NCBI RefSeq assembly: GCF_006345805.1
Contig: NC_043009.1
Span: 52,762,001-52,826,000 of the forward strand
Direction of reading: 5' to 3'
Source of the DNA: Octopus sinensis
Taxonomy: Eukaryota
DNA: 64,000 nucleotides
Positions 27,402-40,123 of this stretch are shown here, one piece after another (positions within the stretch are counted from its first letter, which is position 1; every line of letters starts with the position of its first letter). A program made the position numbers and the translations under genes. The notes under the pieces are model-generated. The model saw only the letters and a list, made by a program, of their open reading frames with translations, ran no database searches and had not been told where the DNA came from.

Positions 27402-28378
27402 TACATACACATATGCACACACATATAAATACAAACTTATATAAACATACATGTTTACGCAATTAAGCATTTGTGTATGGCCTTTAAATTATAAACAAAG
27501 CTATACACACCTCAGAGAGAATGCCTATCATGTTATTGTGTGTGTGTGTGTGTGTGTATGTGAGTGTGCATGTATGTGAGTGTTTCCTCTGGAAGGTATT
27601 CTATGAAGAACTATTATTGAAAAAACCATGCACACAATGTTGTGTAAGCAACTGAGGTTTCAACAGCTTTGAAAATAAATTTCTACAATAAAATTCAGAA
27701 AACAAAATTACATTCAAATACAGAATATTCAAATAAAGAATAAAAGAATTATGAATATTATAAATTGTAATAAACTAAAAGAGAGACAACCTTAAAAACA
27801 ACTTGAAAAATGCAAAATAAGACATACATATACACACACAAAAACAACAAACATTAAACACACATATATATATATATATATACACAAATATACATATGCA
27901 TGTCCATACTCATTTGTATATATAAACACACACACACATACATGTATGCACATATGCACACACACATGCATATATAAACACACACACATGTATGCACATA
28001 TGCACACACACATGCATACACACATACACGCATATGTATGCATGCATACACGTATCTAAGAACCAAAAATAGTTGAAACAACATCGGTACGAAATCTATC
28101 AACATGTACTAATAACCTTCTAAAAATGTAGATACACTAAACATAGAAAAGAAAAAATAGTACCAAGTTTGTTTACATAGCCATGCAACTTGATGCAAGC
28201 AAGTTGAAATAAAGAAAACAATGATTGAATAAGATATATAAAAAATATGTAAGATTTTACAAAGTGAACCAAAATGCAGTTTACTACACACAGCATATCA
28301 AGTCAAATACAGTCAGAAAAGCCAGCCACCAAGTGATATTACACTATTAGGATATATATTTATATATCATTCCATAAT

Positions 28379-28470
28379 GGCTATCTCTGAAGAGTGCAGG
28401 GTTACATACTTGGACTGTTACCTAACATTCTGTTGAACCACTAGTGCGAAACTGATAGGTAAGATCAGCT
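28379..28470 (+). ncRNA. Type I hammerhead ribozyme fold, second family, core intact
   Basis: CTGAAGA 28387-28393; helix II GTGC/GTGC then GGTT/AACC; GAAAC 28448-28452; GTA 28459-28461; helix I ATCT/AGAT extended by GCT/AGC. Confidence 0.7.
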
Positions 28471-28644
28471 GTAATGGATATATAATACTGTAAATTTCTA
28501 TATATACACATATGAGAAATTGGGATGACAAAGGAATAAACAATTATGCTAGCAACTTCATTAGCTTACAGTTGTTTTTGCTACAAGATGCAATGCACTC
28601 ATAGTCGAAGTGCTTGAGTGTCACCCAATAGTTTCATCAGATAT

Positions 28645-28676
<32 letters not shown>

Positions 28677-29540
28677 GCTGAGACCCCTTCAGTCAAGACT
28701 GACTGTGGGACTGCACCTAGAAAGTTACCCTCCCAAGCACAAGTCCGGGCAAGGTTGTTTGTGGAAGACCGGCAGTCACCCATGCATGAAGGCTTGCAAC
28801 ACGTCGCTCTGATTCATAGAGGTAATCATGAGCTCAGGTACATGACCCCATACAAGGTACCATGAAATAAAGGGAACAGAGACGCTTATGATTGTGAAAC
28901 AAACTCCATAACCACAAATCACTGTGTGTCTGTGAGTTAGTATAATTCATCAGATATCTGTGACAGATGTGATAATTAACAGAAATCTAGAATTCTGCAA
29001 AAAGGAATTCTGCCAAGTACAGACTCTCTCTTCACATTCTCACAATCAGAATTGGAGTGAACCAGTGACTGGACCACCGGAAACCTTTAACCAATGGTGT
29101 TATTGTTTAAAAACTGTGACATAACAAATCAAGAGCAGGCAAAGAGTTTGAACCAAGGTTTAGTACATGTTTTTTATTTCCAAGCATTATTTAATAATTT
29201 TAAATTATTAAATGCTAAAGTTTAATCCTTTAGCATTTAAACCAGCAATACCTGGTCCAAATATCCTGCCTCTTTTATGTTCAAACTGCCCTGGTCCAAC
29301 ATCTTACACTCACCCTACAATTTCATTCTTACAATGTATAATCATATCATTGAAATCTTGAAGCCACAAGATGATATCTTTTACTTGTTTCAGTCATTTG
29401 ACTGCGGCCATGCTGGAGCAACGCCTTTAGTCGAGCAAATCGATCCCAGGACTTATTCTATCGGTCTCTTTTGTCGAACTGCAAAGATACGGGGACACAA
29501 ACACACCAGCATCGGTTGTCAAATGATGTGGGGGGGGGGA

Positions 29541-29581
<41 letters not shown>

Positions 29582-31358
29582 CGACAGGCTTCTTTCAGTT
29601 TCTGTCTACCAAATCCACTCACAAGGCTTTGGTCGGCCCGAGGCTATAGTAGAAGACACTTGCCCAAGGTGCCACACAGTGGGACTGAACCCAGAACCAT
29701 GTGGTTGGTAAGCAAGCTACTTACCACACAGCCACTCCTGCGCGTATAATACATGACTAATTCAAAACAATTTGAATAAGTATTACATTTGACTAATCTG
29801 AATGCTACAGAGTTAATCAACACACAATAGTTTTTCTCCAATCTACATATCAGTATTTATACAGATTAAGGAAGTTGGAACCCCAGAGTAGAAGCACAGG
29901 TTGCTAGTTCAGAGCCAACCAAGTAACCTACTGACATACATTTAAGTGAAATAGGGAGGTGGCCTAAAGAGGATTAGAGAATAATACATCCAAAATATGA
30001 GGGAATAGAAACACGTGAAGAAAGTGGGGGTAAATTTAAATATTGGTTTCGAATTTTGGAACAAGGCCAGGCAAACTTCGGAGAGGAGTAAATCAATCAC
30101 ATCGACTCCCCAGCACTCAACTGGTACTTATTTTATCAACTGTGAAAAAATGAAAGGCAAAGTCGACCCTGGTGGGATTTGAACTCAGAACATAAAGCCA
30201 GAAGAAATGCCCCTAAGTATTTTGTCCAGCATGTTAATTATTCTTCCAGGTTACCAGCTTCAGAAATAAAAAAATTAAAACACTTAAAATTAACACCGAT
30301 ATTGAAGAAACCTGCCTGTGGTTAAACAAACAGATATAGCACACAGATCTCTTTTACATCACACTTTACCATATTGCAAGAAGAAAAGGAAGGATACACT
30401 CAGTAATGTAGTTCTAGACATAGTATGTCTATGTGAATAAGACATGATGGGCAAGGCTAGAGTACATAGCTCAGCCAAATCAGTGCTTAACAGCAATAAC
30501 TTTTTGCTTTTTTTACTTGTTTCAGTCATGTGACTGTGGCCATGCTGGAGCACCGCCTTTAGTTGAGCAAATCGACACAAGGACTTATTCTTTGGAAGCC
30601 TAGTACTTATTCTATCGGTCTCTTTTGCCAAACTGCTAAATTATGGGGACATAAACACACCAGCAATGGTTGTCAAGTGATGTTGGGGGACAAACACATA
30701 CACAAACATACACACACACACGCACACACACACACACACATATATATATACGCACACACATATATAAAACGGGCTTCTTTCAGTTTCTGGCTACCAAATC
30801 CACTCACAAGGCTTTGGTCGGCCTGAGGCTATGGTAGAAGACACTTGCCCAAGATGCCACGCAGTGGGACTGAACCCGAAACCATGTGGTTCGTAAGCAA
30901 GCTACTTACCACACAGCCACTCCTACGCCTAACACTGACATATCAAAAGTATAAGAAACTAAATTAATCCCACGACTATGCTTATTACAGATTGTTTTTT
31001 TTTTTAACCAAAGCGATATAACAATGTCCTCAAATGATGTAGTATTTGAGCTCAAAATAAAGAGGGGTATTTAACTAACTGCTTAAAAGAAAATAAAAAG
31101 CTGGCGATATATCATTTCTGTCCTTCTGCTGATATTGAAATGACAACAACAATAGCAACATCTAAAACATTGACCGACGACAACAATGACGACACGTATA
31201 TGTATACAGTCCAACTTTCCAGTGTCATGCATGTAATGTTGCTCCAAAAAGAAGTGGCAGAGGTGTTGAATAGATAGATAGAAAGATAGAGAGAGAGGAA
31301 GCGAGAGGGAAGAGAGAGAGAAAGAGAGAGATATAGAAGAAGATAAATAGATAGGTAT

Positions 31359-31413
<55 letters not shown>

Positions 31414-31628
31414 TTTATATAGATAAGTATGAAGATAGACAGGCAGATAAATAGATAGGTATGGAGAGGGAGAGAGAGAGAGAGGTAAAACAATATATAT
31501 GTATAGAAAAATATAAAGAAATATAAAGAGCGCAAGAGAGATACAAAGAAAGAAAAAGAGTGGCAGAACCTCAGCTAAAAAAACAAATTCTCAAGGAGCA
31601 GTGAAGAGAGCGAGAAAGGAGAGCTTAC

Positions 31629-31775
31629 CTACAATAGAGGCTAGCCTATGAGGGTTGATACCACATGGGCCACATGACAACAACGATGAAGAAGATGATG
31701 ACTTAGAGCTCGTGGAAACTTTCTCCTGCAACTTGTCACGATTTTTACTTGACTCCCGATCCATTTTTATCTTAC
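31629..31775 (-). CDS. MYCBP2: Probable cassette exon (GKIKMDRESSKNRDKLQEKVSTSSKSSSSSSLLSCGPCGINPHRLASIV), phase 1/1
   Basis: ttttcag acceptor, TAG|gtaagc donor, 147 nt open, Ser-rich. Confidence 0.7.
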
Positions 31776-31819
31776 CTGAAAAGCCCCAGTAGTTGTTAGT
31801 ATAATAGAATGCATATTTC

Positions 31820-32380
31820 TTTACAAACTCCAGCAGCTGTTAAAGGCTCACAAGACAATCTCATAACAAATTCCAGCAGTTGTTAGACTTTCAAAATATT
31901 TTACAAACTCTAGCAGCTGTTAGGTTCACAAAACAATCTCACAACATACTCCAGCAGTTGTCATGTCCACAAAGTACACGACTTATTACAAACTCCCGCA
32001 ATTGTTAGGCCTACAAAACAACCTGATTACTAACTTGAATAGCTTATAGGCTTTGAAAATACCATTACAGACTCCAGCAGTTGTTAGGTCTACAATACAC
32101 ACATATTACTAACTCCAGCAGTTGTTAGGCTTTCAAAAAGCCATTACAAACTTCAGCAGTTAAGTCTACAAGATAATCTTGTTTCACACTCCATTAGTCA
32201 TTAGCTTTACAAAACACATTATAAACCCCAGCAGTTGTTAGGCTCTCAAAACACATTACAAACTCCAAGAATTGTTAAGTCTACAAGATAATCTTATATC
32301 TAGAAAATACACTTTACAAACTCCAGCAATTGTTAGTTCTACAAAATACAACACATCACAAATTCCAGTAATTGTTATGT
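31820..32380. repeat. Degenerate minisatellite, ~40-bp unit (ACAAACTCCAGCAGTTGTTAGG...)
   Basis: About 13 imperfect units, directly upstream (in transcript sense) of the 31775 acceptor. Confidence 0.85.
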
Positions 32381-33144
32381 ATATAAAAATACATTTCAAT
32401 ACAAGCTATTCCAAGCATGTTTTGGTATCTCAATTTTATTCTCCCCCCAGCCACCCACCCATTTATTCCTAAATTCATCTCCAAAGTGCTTTGTCAATTG
32501 TATCGTGACAGTTTCTCTTATATTACCATGACATTGTATTTTCTCTGTTCTTTTACCGAATCCAGTCATTAGACTGTGGTCATACTGGGGCACACCTCCC
32601 ACATTATGATCAATTATGTCCACCTAAGTTTTTACCTGATATTTATTTATTTTATCCATGGTGAAAATATAAAACAGAGCTCACCTGTGCATGATTTAAA
32701 TTCAGAATGTAAAAAACAAATGCTTTGGTAATTCTACCATCCACTGTCCAACACACACACACACATACATACACACACACACATAACTTGAATTCCAAAG
32801 AAGCACAAACATTTTTGTTTTTTAAACTTTGGTACACCAAAGGATACATTTATATGTGAAAAACCCATATGTAACCATACAGCACAACAAAAACCAAGAA
32901 AATTAACAACAATATGCAAATTAGCTTATTCTGAGAAAATTTTAAAAATTGAAAAAAAATCTTTAATATGCTTATGAGCTGTTTTTTCTTGTTAACACAG
33001 CACCAAGTCCATAGAATAAGGAGAACTTTATCAGAAAGTTTAAAAATTGCACCATCAATGTGATATTCATGCCATGCTTCTGTGAACTTGTGAGCATAAT
33101 TTTCAGTTATTATTAGGTGATAAACATACTTCAAGATATATACA

Positions 33145-34399
33145 CAGGGTGCACTGGGTAAATTGTTGCCATTGTTCATTTTTGATTTTGTTGGCTACAC
33201 AGTATAGTAGGGTCAGTTGGGCACTGTCTGAGAGAAAAACAGCACCATGATGCAATTCACTCGACCAGAAATTTGGAAACGACATGCTGTACTGCTTAGC
33301 ATTTATGCTGGAAGCTCCAATACGAACATTTCAGAGTGTTTGGGTGTCAATCTGGGGACAGTACAGAGGATTGGATTTGGAAAGAGTTGGATGAGTCTAA
33401 TGGTGATTACGAAGGTATGGCAGCTCGGAAAACTCACTCTGATCATTGTGATAAGAAAAGAACTCCTGAATTTGTTGGTGAGATCCCGGCCATGATTGAC
33501 AAGGATCCCCCCAAGTCAATCAGGTCCATCGTCAGCGAAATAGGAATGTCTGAGTTATCAGACAGGTTGTGCATGAAGACATTTGGTATTCCTCATAGAA
33601 GATGAGAAAAGGGCCAATTTTTATCCCAAGCCATCAAGGCCAAGAGGAAAGACAACACTTCGAAGCTTTTGAACAAACTCAAGCATCTCCTCCAACTGAA
33701 CATGCTTTGGTTTTTCTCAGATGAGAAAAATTTCTGCCAGCATCAGATGGTGAACATACAGAACAACCATTGGCTTGCTGTGTCCCCAAAACATGTACCG
33801 AGAGGGATAAAAATCAACCATCCAGTCAACATCATGGTATCTGGAGTGATCACTAGTGATGGCAACATTGTGCCTCCATTCATCTTCCCACACGGCCTTA
33901 GACTCAATACAGAGGCCTACATCAAGTGTCTAGAGGAGGTATTGCAGCATTGGGTCAAGAGGTTGGCTGCTGGAAGAGCTTATGTTTGGCAACAAGACTC
34001 TGCACCATACCACACAAACAGGAGAACCCAGTCATGGCTGACAGATAATTTCTGCAACCACATCACCCCTAATATCTGGCCACCTAACTCCCAAGACCTC
34101 CTCTATTATTATGTGTGGGGCACAGTTGGGCAAGAGACCAACAAAACTCTTTGTAACTAAAGATGAACTGAAGGCAAGGATTATGGCAACATTGACCAAC
34201 ATAAACAAAGAGACCGTCCAGAGGAGTTGCAGGTGATTCTGAAGTTGTCTGGAGGCCATGGAAATTTTGTTGAATGAATTTACTCTTTAGTATTTCAAGA
34301 TATTTTTATGTAATTTTGGTAAATATATCTGTTAAAATGAGATGACTGTATTATTCTCCTTTTGCATAATTTAGATGACAACTTATTCACCACACCCTG
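33145..34399 (+). mobile_element. Decayed Tc1/mariner DNA transposon, DD37D (maT)-like transposase pseudogene
   Basis: Frameshifted ORF pieces with WFFSDEKNF, WQQDSAPYH, WPPNSQDL; degenerate CAGGGTG...CACCCTG terminal inverted repeats; ~1.25 kb. Confidence 0.85.
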
Positions 34400-34406
34400 T
34401 GTGTGT

Positions 34407-34452
<46 letters not shown>

Positions 34453-36416
34453 ATATCCACAAGGTTCAATCCTTATTGCAGTGCAGAGGCGTGTTTGCCT
34501 CAGTGAACCAGAGAGCTATGCCAGCAGAGCACAGAGCCTCTTTTAATGGTATGCTGGACAGGTCAAAGAATAGAGGCCAAACTAATATGGACCACCACTT
34601 CTCAGAGTGAGTGGCGGTCCATATTTTTTTGCATGGGGCCTACATCTCTACTTGGAACAAAAACAAAGTTACAGAAAACTTCAAATTTCAAAAAAAACAA
34701 TGAAAATCGGGAGAGGAAGGCCTTCCTTTGCTGCAAGGAAGAGCAAGGATCTAACTGGAGAGTAGTAGTAAAAGGCAGCCCTGAGTCAAAAACAGTAGAG
34801 AAAAGTCATCAATGGCTAATACTTCACAAGGAGTAAAGGGTTTAAATATACATGTATGCATATGCATGTGTATGTGCACGTAGTTGCAAGTATAGCTGAC
34901 CAGTTTTTACTAATTGGGATTGTTACAAGATTGACATTAGATCATAGAGTTTCAGATTAAGACACCTGTCAAAAGTAACTTGATATGAATTTGTAGGGTT
35001 TTGTGTCTCTCCTATAGCAATTACAACTGTGGACAGATTAAATATAGCCTGCTTTACACAGTGAGTTCTCTTCCTCTCATTTGTAAAACCAAACATGCCT
35101 ATATATATATATATGGATGTGTGCATGTGTATACGTACATATGTATACATTTAAATGCATCAGGCTAAAGATATATCCATCAACAAGAGGAATGATGACA
35201 AAGTGACATTTCAAGAAAAAACATGTTTTAGTAGTTATTCCATCTCAAGTGCAAGTAGTTCCTTGTCAATCTCCACACTGGAAACTCAATTTTAGCTTAC
35301 AATGCAACTGATCACAAGAGCCATAAGATAAAATATGCCTAGCAAATTACAATACTTCTAAGAGAAAACAAATTTTTTTTTACTAATTTTTCTCCGCTGT
35401 TCCTTTTTCAATACATCATATATTTTTAAAAACGATTCACACACATGAAACAAAAACAGGACAAAACATACAAAGTGCCAGAAAATTTGAATAATTTTAT
35501 AATAAATTCTTCCACCAAAACATCTTTCAACCTTAAACTCTGTACCCCTATTACACCCCACAGATGATGCAGAAAAATTCAGAAAAGAATATGAAACAAC
35601 CAAAGAAAGGTTAAAAGTAGCTTCAAAAAACAAAGAAACAAGAAGAGAATTGATGCAAAAGAAAAGAAAATGAAATATCAATAATATCAGTAATCAATAA
35701 CAGTAATCAATAATATTGATAAATTGCAAGCTGTGGAGATACCATTTCTTTTGAATTATCATATTTATATGGGTGAACTGTTGATAACAGCAGCTAATTA
35801 AGTAATTAAAAACTAAATGAACAACCAAATCTGTGTTTAGTATTTGGGAAATTATTAAACATTACTGGGATACAACACAAGAGTGGGGTTTTTGGTTTCT
35901 TCTTGTTTTGGGGAGAGGTTTTGTTTTTTGTTGTTTTTTTTTTAATATCAATAAATATTCAAAGATCCAGATATAAAATAAGACTCACTTAGCCATATAG
36001 TCACTGCACAAGGCAAAAATATACAAGAGGCATGAACGAAATTTAAACCAAAACTGTGCATAATGAGTGAAGAAAAATAAATAAATATATATATAGATAG
36101 ATAGATATAGATATAATAAATATATATAAATAATAAACAAACAACCAAAGCTAGTGAATTCTTGTGAAATAAAAATAAGTATATTGATCAACTAAATTGC
36201 ATTTCAGAACATTGAATTCTTCAAAAAATATATATCACAAAAATACGATAAGCAGATATCGCCGCAGCAGCAATGATGAAGAAAAAGAGCAAGTGAGCGA
36301 ACAAAATTAAATAGCTGAATAAATGTGAAAGTGAAAGTGATAAAGAGAGAAAAATCAGCAAAAGAAAGTCAAAAAAGAGAGAGGAAGATTGAGCGAGAGA
36401 GAGAGAGAGTTTTTAC

Positions 36417-36539
36417 CTCCAGAGAGGGTCTTCACATTTGTTAGTAGAGGAGCAGCTAGGCGCTTAGTTTCACCATTTTCTGCTGGGATTTTCACCAGAC
36501 AGGCTTGCGGTAAGGTTGAACTTTTAAGAGTTTCTTTCT
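36417..36539 (-). CDS. MYCBP2: Candidate cassette exon (EKETLKSSTLPQACLVKIPAENGETKRLAAPLLTNVKTLSG), phase 1/1
   Basis: Pyrimidine-rich ttttcaag acceptor, GAG|gtaaaa donor, 123 nt open. Confidence 0.55.
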
Positions 36540-36836
36540 CTTGAAAAATCAGATGGAGAGATTCATGATGAAGGAGAGAAAACGGAACGGAAATTGCGAT
36601 GAAGACTCTTACCAAGTGCGAAAAGAAAAAGGAGTATTAGCAACACACGATGACCTGTAGCCATAATCAATAAGCTGATGATAGAAGCAATCAATAAAAA
36701 GCAGATCACAGACCAATCAATTTGACTGATTGACATATACTGAATACACAATCTAGTGGTCATGCCTGGACGACTTTGTGTTTTATGTATATGTATGCAT
36801 ATATATATATACACACACATATATATATATATATAT

Positions 36837-36900
<64 letters not shown>

Positions 36901-38380
36901 GTATGTATGTATGTATGTATATATAAAGCTCTCCTGACAATTTCTTTAAGAGTTATGGAAGCAAACTCGATAATTATTTCTTTGAGAGGCAAGAGAAATA
37001 ATGATTGAATGGGAAACCTAAAAAAGAACTTTAATAAAGGATACTGACAACTGGAAGCAAAATCTAAAACAATGATGGAAAGAAAGAAACAAAAGAAAAC
37101 CAAAATTTTATCAAAACTCAGATGTTGCATAGCGATCATGATTAATAATGAATGTAACCATATTGGAATTGAAATCAATAATCTCCAACTGTGAGTGTGT
37201 GTGTGTGTGTTTAATTCTTTAGCATTTAAACTAGTCATATCAGGCCCAAACATTCTGCAAGTTTTATGTTCAAACTGGTCAGATTCGGTCACTCACACCT
37301 ACCATACAATGTCACTATAAAGACATACAATCACATCATTGAAATCTCAAAGCTACAAGATACTTTGTGATTAATTTAAACTAATTTGAATTATTAAACA
37401 TTGTATTTGACGAAGTAATCTGAATGCTAAAGGGTTAAAGGGAGTTTTATGAAGTTGATAATTAGGAAGCTGTGTTCAGCAGTTGTGGGGTTCTGGCAGG
37501 CAGAAATGACACAGAAATCAGATGAGGAAAACATTTGTCAGAATGATATCACATGATTTCACATGAGGTGTTGCATGATGATGTTAGCATGTTTGAACCA
37601 CCAGCTGGGGGGACAAAAATTAAATGATAATGATGATATAATCTTCACTTTACATAGGGTTCTCATGCAGACAGGAGCTGGACAGGTCATCGCAGTGCAA
37701 GTCAGTTCTCATGTCAAGTTACTGTCTTCCTAGACACATGTGAGGACCAAGTTTTGTAGTGTTGGCATGATTTCTCTGTTTGTATGCCTGCTCTTCTTAA
37801 CACTAAAAATTTTACAGAATGCAGTGAATGCATTTTTTCAAGGCCTTGCATGTGTGTGTGTGCATTTCAGAGAGACAGACAGATGGACAGAAGAAAGAGA
37901 CAAAAACATGCAGTTGTCAGTAATATAAGCCAATGCCAATCAGGTACCATTCTTATCATAGACAATAGACAGAAGGATAGCAAACAATATAGCCATTCTC
38001 TTGCAATGTAAGCCCCACCCCCAAAATGGCAAAGCAAAACTAAGAAACAAAGAAAAACTGTTTTCTAATAAATTCCAAACCCAAAATCTTTTTCTCTTTT
38101 TTTTTTCTATCTAATCAGAAAGAAAACAGATGCTTCCACAACCAAATTTCAGATCAAACAATATTATATGATATACAGTACTATATGGTAAAATTAATAA
38201 ATAGAACAAACTAACCAAAACTATTAGTATTTTCATTCACTTTAAATTTGCTTTCCATGCCAGCATGGGTTAGATGAATACATTTTATGGAAGCATTGTT
38301 TTTACAGCCAGATGCTCTTCCCACTGCTAACCCTTGTCTGTGTTTCAAGTAAGGAACATTTCATTCCACCTGTCATTGAA

Positions 38381-38489
38381 TGCATTCCCCTGATGAACTG
38401 TTGTGGTTCAGCATCCAGTTGCACTTGGAACATCCACTGCAGAGGATGCAAATAACTACAATGGTGAAACATATGTAGGGAACGAATGC
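38381..38489 (+). ncRNA. Type I hammerhead ribozyme fold, apparently intact, with extended helix II
   Basis: CTGATGA 38390-38396; helix II 38397-38408/38454-38465 (12 bp, 3 G-U); GAAA 38466-38469; palindromic helix III ACATATGT; GTA site ending at 38477; helix I TTCCC/GGGAA. Confidence 0.8.
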
Positions 38490-38813
38490 CATAAGCTTGT
38501 GAATGATGATGATGATATTCTAGGTGAAACTCTAAACTTACTAAGAGCTGTCATACATCTAGCTGTACAGATAAGATATACCATACATATATATATATAA
38601 AGTAGAGTAATAAATGTGTGTGTGTATATATATATATAACACCAAATAAGTTAGGGGTTGTGGATCCAACCCACTAAGGGATAATACTTATCCAATATAC
38701 TGTTTGTATAATACCCAAATTATTAATACACAAGTGTTTTTAATTGCAATGCAATTAACTTACTTATTGTATTAAATGGGTGAAGGTAAAGAAATATTTT
38801 AACATTAATTTAT

Positions 38814-39147
38814 ATTACAAATAAGAAACTGGAGAAACAATTTAGTTGGTTTATCAGCTTTAGGATATTAGAATGTTGACTTATTTATTTATCAAAACGA
38901 CAACCATAATAACATACATATATACAGTATAAAATTCAATACATATAAGGTAAGAATACAAGTAGTTATTAATTTATATTAATGTGTTTTTTTTAATAAC
39001 TACTGGTATTACTATCTTATATGTATTGAATTTTATACTGTATATATGTATGTTATTATGGGTGTCGTTTTGATAAATAAGTCAACATTCTTATATCCTA
39101 AAGCTGATAAACCAACTAATGTGTTTCTCCATTTTCTTATTTGTAAT
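38814..39147. repeat. Long inverted repeat, ~155-bp arms, 20-nt spacer
   Basis: 38814-38972 is the near reverse complement of 38993-39147. Confidence 0.9.
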
Positions 39148-39162
39148 TATATATATGTATGT

Positions 39163-39420
39163 GGCCCTCGTGCCGGTGGTACATAAAAAGCACCATCCGT
39201 TTGTGGCCGTTTGCCAGCTCTGTCTGGCACCTGTGCGGGTGGCACGTAAAAAGCACCCACTACACTCACGGAGTGGTTGGCGTTAGGAAGGACATCCAGC
39301 CGTAGAAACACTGCCAGATTTGACTGAGCCTGATGAAGCCTTCTGGCTTCACAGACCCCAGTAGAACCGTCCAACCCATGCTAGCATGGAAAACGGACGC
39401 TAAACGATGATGATGATGAT
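39163..39420 (+). mobile_element. SINE/retroposon family 3 with (GAT)n tail (also 9080-9258, 26733-26967, 61440-61592 on plus; 18507-18683, 45900-46165, 55970-56305 on minus)
   Basis: Shared TTGGCGTTAGGAAGGGCATCCAGCCGTAGAAA...GGACGCTAAACGATGATG. Confidence 0.8.
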
Positions 39421-40082
39421 ATATACACACACACACACACACACACACCACACATTCACATACTTCATGTGTGCTTTGCTGCAATAGCAGAGTACATAAC
39501 CATAATCCCTGGTGACCTCCACAACCATGAGGCAGTGTAATATCATGCCAATCCTCATATGTGGGGTTGTATAAGGACAGTTGCAGAAATACAGAACAAA
39601 GTGTTAAATGATAAATGGCAAAAGAGCATGAACTGTATAAATAAATCCACTTGCTTAGAGACCATGAACAAGGTCTTTCTCAGACATATTCAGTTAAGTT
39701 CTGAGAATGCTGAGAGAACATAGAGTAGTACTCATCATTTAGATTTGTTTTCTTTTGGTTTTTCTTTTTCTTCTTTCAACTGAAACTGTAAGAGAATGAA
39801 TTTAATTATACAAATCATGTCCTTTTATCATTTATTATTAATACTTCATTCACTACTTCTGCTGTAGTCAATATATATATGTATGTATGTATAGTACAGT
39901 CTGTAAAATGGTTAGCAGTAGGAAGGGTACTCAACCAAGCTAAAAAAAAATAAATATATGAGCAAGATGGTGGGAGGTCTTCCAACTCCTATAAGGAGGC
40001 AGCAGTTCCAAATAAGACCTGACTCAGAACTTACTTGACAACTCCTCAAACTCATGCAAACATAGATAGCAAATATAAAATG

Positions 40083-40123
<41 letters not shown>

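Noticed and set aside
31820-32380. CRISPR-like periodic repeat
   Set aside because: Eukaryotic intron; degenerate units, no unique spacers, no cas genes
36613-36654. 42-nt hydrophobic exon candidate ([14 protein letters not shown]) with gtaaga donor
   Set aside because: Sequence looks like a pyrimidine tract and the acceptor context is poor
37563-37604. 42-nt phase-1/1 exon candidate (AGGSNMLTSSCNTS)
   Set aside because: Good acceptor, but the donor CAT|gtgaaa is too weak to call without RNA data
39325-39360. CTGATGA-AGCC-TTCT-GGCT hammerhead-like start
   Set aside because: Chance mutation of family-3 SINE sequence; no GAAA or cleavage triplet follows
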